From assembly GCA_963924565.1 (NCBI GenBank), contig OZ004608.1:25854001-25918000 (forward strand): a stretch of DNA of 64,000 nucleotides, in the 5' to 3' direction. Below the pieces are notes generated by a model. It did no database searches. It was not told the origin of the DNA and was given only the letters and a program-made list of their open reading frames with translations. Numbering within the stretch: the stretch's first letter is position 1; every line of letters begins with the position of its first letter. Shown here one piece after another: positions 38,401 to 50,500 of the stretch. The stretch is from Ascidiella aspersa. Its lineage: Eukaryota. Made by a program: the position numbers and the translations under genes.

Positions 38401-41160
38401 AGTAGAGCGACAAAAAACTAACAAATTCCACACCAGGGCGCTTTTTTGCAGAAAATTGTCTCAAGTGCACTGCCGAAATAAATATATAACGAAAATTTAG
38501 TTTAAAACTACAAACAATATCATTCACTTTTGAAATATTAACCAATGTTTTTTTCAAACTGCGAAAAAAGCTTTTACCTACGTAGCGTGAAACTCCATTT
38601 ATAATCCCTATTTACCATAAAGTGATTTTGTTTTTCAGGGACCAATAAAAGAAACTTGGAGAATGAAAAGCCAAAGGCGTTTTTAGCCGAAAGGATTGTT
38701 CTTCATCCTGAATACAAGCAATTTAACAGTTCTTACATAATCTTAGACTTCGATGTTGCTCTGGTAAGTTAGCTGACTTCCAAGCTATTATTAAACGTTT
38801 CATGTTTTTACTACGATTACATCGTTTTTACGCACATGCAGATAAGAATTGGAAGGGAATATATCAGGCACGGAGAGGTGTTTCAACCACTGCAAAATGT
38901 AGGTTGGGTGGATTACGGAGAGTTCGTTAAACCAGTTTGTCTTCCATGTTCGCCTAATAACTGCTTAAGCAAGCTTGTGTTATCACCTAACACCCGGGAG
39001 CACGATAGATGCCGGATGGAAGGTAAACTTTGTTTAGTGGCTCTTACAGAAACAATATCAGTGTAAATGGAATAAAAAAACAATAAATACTGTAGATGAA
39101 AATGAAGTTGTTTGTACTAACGGATTGAGCAAGCATTGGCGTATGGTTGTTTCTCGACTCGTTCCTTTCTGAGCCCGTATATTTCAATTGGTAGAGCGAG
39201 GGTCCCGGCTTGACCGGAGGTCGTGAGTTCGAACCTCACTGCAGGCTAGTTATTTTCTAGCTTGTCCTGCTTGCATCATAGATCAACAGATTCGGTGAGT
39301 CTGTAATGACTTTCGCTGTATAAATTATACGTAAGCCGTAATCGTTGGTCAAAAAGCAGCTTCAGAAGGGCTAGATCTCAGTTATTAACACATTGTGTCT
39401 GAATGTTTCATACTTTAGATAAATGAAAAGTCTCCTTATTTCCCGGCAACCTTCACCAGCTCATTGCTCAAACAAAATAGATTTTATCCCGAATCGTAGT
39501 TTTAATACTAATGATTGGGATTCCTAAATTTCGAGCTACTAAACCTGTGTTTGTTTGAGGTGCCTACATGTCCAGCATTCGAAATCGCAGTTTGGACATC
39601 GTCACTGGGTTCGGAGTGACGAGCGATGATAATTGGTTTAATTCTGACGTTCTTCGTCAAGGAGCAATCCGGGTGAAATCAAAGGAGAAGTAAGCAATTT
39701 AAGGGATGCGTTTATTGTAACTAATTTCAAACAATTGGAAAATCAATCAAAACCATTGGACGATAATAATTAATCAACTTCCTGAAGTTCGCTTAACGCA
39801 AAATTTTATTTGAGTTATATATTATTTTATATATAACTACACCATGGATAATTATTTGAAGTGTGATTCCATTTAATATAGCCTACTTCTTAACATTGCT
39901 CTACAATTTTAACTTTGTAACGATAATACGATAGACTTAACACTATTAAACAACAATTCAAACTGTATTAAGAAAGAAAATATTGTAAGTGTTTGTCATC
40001 ATTGTAATACAATTTAGTATATAACGGTAGCACCTGATTTCCATATTTTGAGTTCGACTATTAAAACGATACTTTATAACTATTCAGTTATATTTTCCGT
40101 CGTTTACACCAAAACTAAATTATTGTTTTCCTCTTCGTTTATACCGCAATTACGTAACGTTTGGTCGCAGGTGTAAACTGGCAGTCTCGTCAATGAGCAA
40201 TGAGCGCAAACAAACTTTTAAGTTCACAGAACGTATGTTGTGTGCACTTGGAGGGTCAAGGCACAACCCTGTCGACGCTTGCAAAGGGGATAGTGGAGGT
40301 CCATTAGTAAGAGAGGTGAAGATTTTTATTTCTTCTTAAAATCCGGACAACCTATCTCCATAAGGTTACGAACTTATAAATCGAAGTTGAGTATTTTTAA
40401 CGCACCTGGTGAAATGATTTATGATACTGCTTTCCTAACTTTTACGACGTACTTTTAATGTAATTTTTGACACACAATCAGATACTATTATATTATAAAA
40501 GAACAAAATAGTGTATATACATGTAATTTACTATCAATGTAAATATTAGCTTGTATATAAGAAAATATCACTCATGTCTCACATAATTATGTTTTTTTGA
40601 ATATTAAAAAAGCATTTCTGACGGTTCACCATTCACCAGATTAAGAAACACTGCCCTATACCCCTGCTGGTTTGAAAGCATCGATTAACGCATTCGTTAA
40701 AAGAAGAAGCATGCATTATTTTAATATATTTTTTGTTACAAACGTCTCTTTTTTAATAACTATAAGGGCCAGTAGTGAATATTTAATCCTGGTCATGCAG
40801 TTCGCCACTTGATCCACTCTTGCAGGCTGCTTTTCATTGTTGGTTTTATGTAGTATATATTTTGTAAATGAAAGGTACTACAAACAACAAAAAGGGTTTA
40901 AGTGCAATATGGCGGTGGGATCTGCTATTTGTTCGTAATAACATAGCCGTCATTTTAAAATATTGCAGATTGTTAATCGATTCACACATGAAAGCTGCTG
41001 GGTACAATACGGCATCGTCAGTTGGGGAGCACCTTGTGGAACTACAGATTATCCTGGTTTTTACACCAATATATTTACTGTTTTACCTTGGATTAAGAAA
41101 ACCATGTTCAAGTCGACCGGAAATACTGTTGCAAGTACTAACGACGGTAATGTTCGTTAA
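29474..41160 (+). CDS. Complete module A: secreted factor B/C2-like protease (signal-WAP-CCP-WAP-CCPx3-vWA-SP1), ~979 aa
   Basis: Exons 29474-29549 (MHLQVISLVFVLLFDASHS), 29609-29755, 29930-30151, 30273-30413, 30610-30786, 32105-32302, 32688-32888, 34222-34436, 34769-34910, 35989-36123, 36223-36299, 36366-36522, 36913-37070, 37918-38038, 38639-38763, 38842-39022, 39560-39689, 40171-40315, 40969-41160. Sum 2940 nt, open frame, intact His (TAAH, 37981)/Asp/Ser triad. Confidence 0.87.
31153..31510 (+). repeat. Degenerate ~145-bp tandem repeat, ~2.5 copies (also ~63540-63897)
   Basis: aaacaatattcgccgt..tgactaatgtgta..tcatttcgt.ccaatg recurs three times. Confidence 0.85.
31600..31845 (+). mobile_element. 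Penelope pseudo-LTR-like remnant with a hammerhead-like core
   Basis: Direct repeat aattac(a/c)agagg(t/a)gctg at ~31606 and ~31807, flanking caccTTGACGAaggc..gccGAAACGTTggt. Confidence 0.45.
33244..33640 (+). pseudogene. Penelope-like element remnant: Cys linker plus GIY-YIG endonuclease
   Basis: CTKCGKCNL, then KCSNYGIYVATCKKWNKRYVGQTKNKVFSR*KVHR. Confidence 0.7.
35041..35789. mobile_element. hAT MITE in a vWA intron
   Basis: caggggttctcaaac...ggttgagaaccactg TIR with perfect 8-bp TSD gcctaaag. Confidence 0.85.
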
Positions 41161-41522
41161 AAAAATAAAATAAAGCTTGAATTTATTTTGAAAGTTCGAT
41201 AGGTGGTTTACTTTATTGGTATAAAACAATGAGAAAATATATCTTCTATCTCAGAAGCGTATTCTGTGAGGTATTCACATACCTTTGTCGTATGCTCAAA
41301 ACAACTGTTGCGTAGAAAACAGTTTTTTAACTCATATCAGTTGGTTAAGCATCACAAAAACATAAAGCCAAGCTAGGTGACACAGCGGGTTAGAAATGAT
41401 TGTTAGGTTTAATTTACAACAAGAGTTTCCAATCATCTGTTAAGTCTGATGGAGAATTAATGACTTTCATTGTAGGATCGTTGACTTCTACTTAATTTCT
41501 TATGCAGTGAATCTTTTTCCAG

Positions 41523-44500
41523 AAATTTGTTTTTCAAATCCAGAAGCAATAGAACCGGGCCGCAAATGCCGCAAGCCTTGTCAAACTAATGCTGATTGCA
41601 AAGGTCAGCTGAAACGGTGTTTGTGCGATGGCTTATGCGGAAAATCCTGCTACAATCCAGGTAGGAAACGACACCGTTTCGTTCCTTACTAGTTTATTCA
41701 TATTTAATTTATACATCCATAAAGAAGTGAACTATTTCACAGCATTGGAATATTATTTAATTGTAATTAAATATTTGTTATCGGTTTTGCACTGTAGTTG
41801 CGATCTGTTCTGACTTACCTCCGTTTCCAAACGGCCATATTAAGGGCGATCGCACTTACAACAAATCGGTAACGTACACTTGTTCTAATGGATACTTCCT
41901 CGTTGGAAATAGCACCAGACAATGCAGATCAGATAAGCAATGGAGTGGAAAGCCACCTAAGTGTGAAAGTAAATTTGGTTTGTACTTATCACCAATGCTT
42001 GTAATTCTACTGTTCATAATCACGCATTCTGTATTGTATTATCTACGTTTCGTAACCCCAACGTATCTTGATTTCTTTTTAGCACTTAAATTGTTCAAAC
42101 TTGACGTAGGCGAACAGAATAAAAAGGTATAGATTACTTTCCAATAGAAAACATTTACTGAAAAAATAACTTCAAGTATGTTTTAATTTTCTGATAGAAA
42201 AATAACCAGCCAATGTGTGGCTCTGAATTTACAAAAAGAAGTAAATATTACACAAATTTTACCATAATTTTAGACTTGATACCCATAGTGTGTTTATTAT
42301 ATCCAACGTTAGGATTTTTTTGCAGAGTCTCGATGCAATAACATTCAAAGTTTACCGAACGGATTAGTTGAAACAGATAGAGATGTTGGCGGTATTACAA
42401 TCTTCTTATGCAATTCAGGATACCAATTGGTTGGTTTACGGTATATTACCTGCCAAACAAACGCCAGTTGGAGCAATCAACCACCCACATGCCACCGTAA
42501 GCCTATAGATTTTGCGTAAATGTAATAGTGGAAAAATTACATATAGACTGATCTTTTTGATTTAAAGCAATTGTTATTTCATCAAAAGGGCACAATAACG
42601 AAGCTTATCACAGCAACTCTATAAATGTTTTTTTTTAATTTAGATTAAAATGCAATAAAATGCTCAACTTGTGATTTTAGCGATTTCATGTTTTAACCTG
42701 CCACCAATCAAGCACGGTTACATAAAGGGAAACAATACTTTTAACGAAACGGTTACTTATCATTGCAACGATGGATATGAAATTATGGGACGCTTTCACA
42801 ATAGAACTTGCAACTCGGACGGTACATGGAGCGACGAGGCTCCGCGTTGTCAAAGTAAGAGAAAACGGTGTTACTTTCATTTACTAAAAGATACTAAAGT
42901 AAAGACCGACGTTTTTTGCCAAAATTAAAACCGATTTTTTGTCAATCGTTTTTCGATCATTGTTTTCATACAATAGTGAGTTTTTCCGACTTGAAAACAA
43001 GTCTGACTTACAACCAATGTGTGCAGAACGTCTTTGCAGTGAGCTGCAATCAATTCAAAACGGCAAAATAGAGTACTCGACTAGTATTGGCAGCATAGCA
43101 ATCTACGTTTGTAACATTGGTTATACACTCAACGGAGCACGATATCAAACCTGCGGCCTGAATGCATTGTGGAGTGGTTCTGTTCCGACTTGCAATCGTG
43201 AGTATGGTTAAAAAATTATTCTTAGTAGCCTTAAAATATCGTTCTTGGGCTGTGCTCCGCAATCTTTGTTACTTGAGGCACCCCAACAAAACTGAAACAA
43301 TCCGGCGCAAACCTACGAAATATATTTCGATTGGCTTTGGACACCACATCAGCAAATGGAGCGATTTATGACTAAATATGCCGCAGGCGCTAAAAAGTTT
43401 TCTTGTTACATTCCTTTTTCTTCTGATTTTGCGGTTTTACGGTTATTCTAAAGCCTTTTAAGTGCTGAAAATTCGACCCCTTGCAATAGCGGATCAAAGA
43501 ACATTGAAGACTGGTATTAACATATTCAAACAATTAAACCTGACACATGTGCTTTTTACATTTTTGCCTAATTTATTTTTCTCGGAACTGCAGCCAAGAT
43601 TAATTTATACAATCACAAAATTCCACTTCCTTTGAAAATGATATTTCATTGGTTTGATTTTTTTATCGGATAGATACTATTTTCCTTTCAATAAGGTATA
43701 AAGTTTGAAAACCATTGTTGAATATTTTTACTCCTGATATAGTTGAGTTAGTTCAAAAATTATTTTGAAATTCACATCCTGGCGATTAAACGTGACATGG
43801 GTTTCAAAAAAAGTTATAAATAAGATGGAAAAGTTTATATAACAGGAAAAGTTCATACACCTATACTGGATTATTTCACAAAAAATGCAAATTTTTCGTG
43901 TTAATTCTACTGATTTTACCCTGAAAAACTTAAGTAAAAACCCTCAGGAACTGCGCGGTACACCTGCTGACATGGTGTCGACATACCGGTTGCGCAGCGC
44001 TGTTCGATACCCGATATCATATCACTAAAACGTTATATCTAAAGTGAAACATATTCTATAGTTGTTTGGTGTTTTTGTCAACTTTACGCGTTGTTTGGTG
44101 TCGGTTCAAATATGCAGTAATGCCTAATATTATATGACTAAGGATTTGTCTTCATAAACGAACTCCAAAATATAAATTAAAAGTAACGGTGCTTCAATAT
44201 ATGTTTTTAATCATGCATGTTTATAGCAATCACATGTGTGATTCCTTCGATTCGAAATGGAAAATTTACCGGGAAGCGAACCTATGGTCAAACTATTAAA
44301 TATACTTGCAATGTTGGGTACACCCTTCAAGGTCGTAAAACAAGAACATGTAGATCAGATCGACGTTGGAGCGGGGTTTCTCCGATTTGCCAAGGCTAGT
44401 AAATGTATCTTTTGTATTTTTCATACAACTGTAATACTTCAACCGTTTAATCGATGTAAACTTGGATTTGTAGTTGTGACATGTCAGTTTCCTTCTCCCA

Positions 44501-47500
44501 TATTAAACGGGCAAGTATATGGAGCGACAAACTACCGCGATACAGTACGCTATGTGTGCAATCCGGACTTTACTTTAAACGGAACAAGTAGTAGAACTTG
44601 CAGATCGGATGGAACCTGGAGTGGAGAGCAACCTTTTTGTCAAGGTACGGGTTTTTATTACAGATGGCCAATGTTACAATTAAATTATGCTGAGGTGTTC
44701 CACTTTGTCGACTCTTCAGAACCGTCAAGCAAAGCAAGCTTTGTTCTTTCCGGTTTTATGGAAAACACTATTTATGTATAAGTTGCTAGACGAAATATTC
44801 GCATATATAAGTGCAAAATATTATTTGACCAATAAAATTGTTACTAATTTTATTCAGGTTAGTACTTACCGACGTTGTACATAAGCTTTTGCACCGAACG
44901 TTTAGAAACTATAGGGGGTAAATTTACCATAAAACTTTTCATCTTTAGCCTATCATTGAAATAATTTAAAACGGAAAACTTTTCATATTTTAGAATCTAT
45001 AACTTTCTAAACGAGTGGTTCCTAATAGTTGTATATTGCGGTACATTAGGAAATATAAATCGCGGCACATTTTCTAAAACAACTAAACCGTGATCCTAAC
45101 CCTTACAAGACGGATAGGCGTTAGGTAAATACTTTAATATTATAATTTTTTAATAGATAGTGGGCATTCATGTCTCGCATACGTCGATATGTTTATTTCT
45201 GATACGAATAGTTTATTTTTCCGACTTACAAAACGTTTCTCTACATTACATTTGCCTGGCATAATAGAGAAAAATATTTAAAGAAAGCGATCACATACAG
45301 ATACTGTTATAAAAATAAATAGAGATGATTCAACGCATAACTTAAATATTAGCCATCCTCCTAACGACGCACCTGAAGTAGGCCTACTCTGAAAACTAAA
45401 ATAAAAGTTAAAAAAAAGGATAAAAATGTCGCTTATAAAGGGTTAATAAATTCTATGAATTTATTTGGCTATGCCTTAGGGTGGATTGACTTTGAGATAT
45501 TAGTCCTGTAATTAGGAATGATTTCGGCTTTTTAGTGCTGACAACGATGGTTATAACTAGGGCCATTTTTATTTGAACCTAAAAAAACAATTTTTTAACT
45601 TTATTTTTATCAAATTTTAACTTTATTTTAACCTAACGGAATTGCTCGTTTGTAGAGGCCACAGTTCTTCCTTGAATTGATGCCAGTTACCCAAACATAA
45701 TATTTTGTCGATTTCAGATCCAAACGTGATATTTTGTCGCAAAGTCAAGGTGTTTTATGGATTATAAAAAGTGCATCGGGTTTTTTTGGCGATAGTTTTA
45801 GCTTGCTTAGGAATTTTTGTATTACAGAAGTAGGCTATTTCTAAAATCCAAATTGTTGATCTTCGAAAAGACCACGTTTATGAAGATAAAGTATTTTATA
45901 AAAAAATTTTAAATACGTAACAATAAAGAAAAAAATGGACAATTTGCGATAAAAGTTACTGCTAATCCAAGTGGGCATTGTGCCATATTTCCTGCTTTTA
46001 TGGGTTAATATGGTTTAATTGTGTCGCAGTTCCTGATTTACAATGCTTCCACGACGATTTTTACAAAAACTACTCTCAAGAAACACAAAAACTTTGTCAA
46101 AGGCTATAATTTGACAAATTTTGACTTTATTAATAAATTTTAACTTTATTGTAAATTTTAACTTTATTTTAACCTATAAATCCTAAAAACGACTTTATTA
46201 TTTGATTCCTGGACAGATGAGCTCCTTAAAAAATTTTAACTTTATTGACTTTTGCGGGCCCTAGTTATAACTTAGAAATGCAAGATTTTTAATATAGCTT
46301 AATGTGCTTAGGCTTTAGGCTAAAATCTATAATACAGTTAATGCATTGTGCAAGGTTTGACATTGCACACATCAAAAATCTCAAAACATCTCGTGACCAC
46401 TGATTTAGTGTCATATTTTAATTGAAAATGCACAACACAGAAACGGACTACAGTTTGTGCGGGCAATCCGTTTCCGATGAAAAGAAATATTTGGGTAGAA
46501 TAATTAGCGGAAAACCATCAAAAGAACGCTCCTGGCCGTGGCATACTCTAATCTCTCTTGAGCGCGGCAACCAATATAGAGTGTGTAATGCCTTACAGCT
46601 CTAATTCAGTTTTGTTTATAAATATAACATATAGTAAACGAACGATTCTTCAGCAGATAAAATACAACGCTAAGAACAAAACTTGGAATATACAGTAGAA
46701 ACAGTTTGTCCTTTCCTATATTTTGCAGACATATAACGGTTGGCTATTGGGTGCTGGATCTCTTATAAACAACAACTTTGTACTTACGACAGCTCATTTG
46801 GTTGAATTCAGCAAAAACGTAGTGGATCTACTTCTAACCTTTGGTAAGTAGTGTTATATTATACAATGCAAAATAGAAATATGTGCTGTGACAAACAGTC
46901 TATATTTGTAATGTGCCGATTTGTATTGTACGTCTATTTAGACCTAATTGTATGCGATAGGTTTAATTTAAACAACACGTGAATATGACTGTCACACAAT
47001 TTTTTAATCGACTATTACCAGCGATATTAACATATATTTTGTTACACCATTATTTTACCAAACTATTTGTGAACATTAGGAATGTTACGCCGCCCATTAA
47101 ACAATTCGGACACTTTAGCCTCTTCGGTCAGGTTATTCGGAGGATCTAGAATATTTATTCACCCATCATATGTTAGAAACGAATATGACAACGATGTAGC
47201 TCTGGTAAGTTAATTTGTGTAGTTTGCTTAACTATAGCAATCTTGGTGTTGTCGATAGTTGAATCAGTGCGAAATCTTTGTTAATATGTCATACTAATCA
47301 AGTTATTGTACTTAAAAAATACAGTATTTTAGGCCTACATGTCTAAGTTATCTAATACCCGTTAGTCCATCGCTCAAATTTTGCTGGCTACATGCCCTCT
47401 TTTTTTCTGTTGAAAAGACGTAATAAAAATCACGACTATTTTTCTCATTTCTTTTTAAGGACAATGACTCAAGTGTGTTCTATAGGTAAGAATTGGTGAG

Positions 47501-50500
47501 GAATTTAGTTTCGTCAACGGAAGTTGGAAAGTTGTTTCTCCAGGGGGTCGGGTAGAGTATACAGCTTACATACGACCAGTATGTCTGCCTTGCATGGAAA
47601 ACACTTGTGTTGGGAAACATCTGCGCAAGATATCAACTGGTGTAAGTTTGTTGAATGGTAGCGAATCAAATGAAGAAAAATGTAAGATTGAAGGTAAATA
47701 TTAGTGTTATAAACAGTTACAATCTACTAAGACGAACAAATAAACAGCCCGTAACTACTTAATGCAGCATTTTATGTCAGGCTTCTAGGGACATTCTGGG
47801 CTTGGAAGCAAAATTTTATTAAAAATCTTTTAATAGACCCAGTTAGGCTTAGTTCAAGATATTCAGTTGCTCTGAAGAAATGCTATGTTTACCTATTAAC
47901 ATAGCATTTCGATGCTATGTTTACCTATTATAAAAACACACAATGAATTCATGCAAAGTGCCCCCAAAATGGAAAAAGATTCTCTCAAATCGCAAACATG
48001 CTATACCAAATGTATAAATGAGATTCGGATTTGCGTTTTGTATCCAGTTTGTAAAAGAGGTGGTTGACCGGATGATTTACATTGGAATGTCAGATCCGTG
48101 CCGCGGGCCGAAGGTTTTGATTTTCAGTTTAAAACAATCCACACTGTTACGTGAGAATACATTATTTTCATAACCTGGTCAACAAATTCAGTACGAAGTT
48201 TTTAGCCTAATAGTCAAAATGTACAAAATGTTTAAAAAACATTTTTAGATCACTAAAAAACGAACACATTTCTCAGAAAGAAGCATATTAAAATATTCTA
48301 AGACATTACTCATGATAACCACAAATCTTAGGAATATGGACATTTCCAGGTTTTAAACATGAGTGAAGTCATGACCTACTGTAGTTTTAGCCCAAGACAC
48401 TATAGTCTCCAATGACTTACATCCAAGTCAATGCATTTATCCGAAAGACAGAATTCCCTACAACACTGCAAATACAAGTATGGTTGTTCTGGAAAACCAA
48501 CATAATAACAGGAAATGCAACGATAAAATAGTTCTTAGATTTTTGCTTCCATTTGTTTTATTTTGGAATAGTTGCATGACGTAGTCAATTAACTTGTTTA
48601 GAAGTTCATATTTTTTTAACGCCTAAATTGTAATGTTTCAGGGGATTGGTTATTAAAAGACGAACAATCTAACAGCAGTTCACCACTTTTTACAATCATT
48701 GGCTTTGGCTATACCAGCATTAAGAAAAGACCCAACCGGTTGCAAGAAGGATTGGTGGAGATTAGGAAAGAAAAATAGTAAATTGTTATAAGACAATAAT
48801 TCTGTGTAGGCCTATTGGTTTCTAGACAAAAACAAGAATATAGAATATATAAGAAGAAATTCCCAAATGATAGGATGAAATATTTTTTTTACTTACTATT
48901 TTAAACATGTTTATGCCCACTTGAGCTTCCCTCTTAATATTGTAGATTCGTTAGGTCTTCACTGACAAAGTACACACAGGCCGCAAGAAGATAATAATTA
49001 TCGTTTTGGGTATAACTAGTACCAGTTGAATATAATACGGTGTCTTATAGGCTACCTCAGTGGTCGGCAACCGCCGGTCCGCAGCAGGGTATGCAGATTA
49101 AATTTTGATTTAAACCCAAACCGTAGGCTTCGTATAAGCCGTAAAAAGTCAAAAACAATTAAATGTATATTTACCTTCAAAACACATTGTCTTTCGTTTA
49201 AATATAATCCATGGTTAATTGCTATAATAAAAAATCACTATTAACCAGGCACTCGTGAAGTTCAAAACAAACCAATGTGATGTGGCTATATTAGGCTACA
49301 TAGCACGTTCACAACATCCTAAAATGCATTTTTTTGTAAAATCTAACTACACGTATTTACAATATATCAAAAACGCCCATAATAATGTTTTTTCTGGGAA
49401 AGTTTTCGACAACGTGTGCATTTTATTAGTTCATTGAAAAAGTTGCATTAAATTTCCTTTATTGAGCATTTGTTAAATTTCAGTTTTAAACCGGTCCGCA
49501 GTGCAAAAAAGGTTGCCGACCCCTGTTATACCCCACGGACCACGGCACATCTGGCATAGTCTCACGGTACACCAGTGTGCAGCGGCCCACTGGTTGTGCG
49601 GCATTGGTTTTAAGAGAGTCGAGTAAGAGATATTTCCGAGTTAGTAAAAACGAAATAATTACCTACCGATACATGATCAAGTCAGCGTTTTTATAAAACC
49701 AAGGTGATAACCGTTTGTTGTTGTACTGTGTAGCGTGTAGCCCTGTTGTATTGTAGTGGCAAGCTTGTATTCGGTCAGCGTGTTCTGATGAATGTAAGTA
49801 GTTGCCACGTGCGCGACACGCAAACACAAAACACACGAAAAAGGCAAATGCGAACACGTACATAAAAAGGCATAAGACACGCTTCGCTTAACATGCTGCA
49901 GGGGCTACATTACTCCCCCCCAGAAGCGGGTTAAAATTTTTACGTGGCCGACCTCGTCTTCTGGGAACGTGCAGTTGCACTGGTTGCGTTGGGTCTACAT
50001 AAGCAGGTTTAAGGCGATCAACAGAGATAGTTTGTCGCTGTCCCGCAATGTCTACAACAAAATACTTAGCGTGGCGTTCGAAAACTTTATAAGGGCCCTC
50101 ATAAGGAGGATTTAAAGGGGGGCGGTAACCATCTTTGCGAACAAAAACATATGCACAACTTAACAAGACACGCGGAACATCAATGATAACATTACGATGC
50201 TTTGACATTGGCGTGGGGAGAAAGTTACCAATTGAGTTTCGAAGCGTTTGAAGAAACTCTGTCGGCTCACCCAAGTTAGTTGCGTGCGGGATAAAATCCC
50301 CAGGCAGGGAAATAGTTGTTCCATAGACTAACTCCGCGCTTGATGCTTTTAAATCTTTTTTTGGCGTAGCCCGAATTCCTAATAGAACCCAGGGCAATTC
50401 GTCTATCCAGTTTGCTGCCTGCATTCGTGCCATTAAAACGCTTTTCAAATGCCGATGAAAGCGTTCCACGAGACCATTGGCTTGGGGATGGTAAGCTGTA

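Noticed and set aside
29474-41160. Assigning gene symbol CFB or C2
   Set aside because: Architecture is Bf-like, but WAP modules, lost MIDAS and protease differences leave orthology unproven without a phylogeny.
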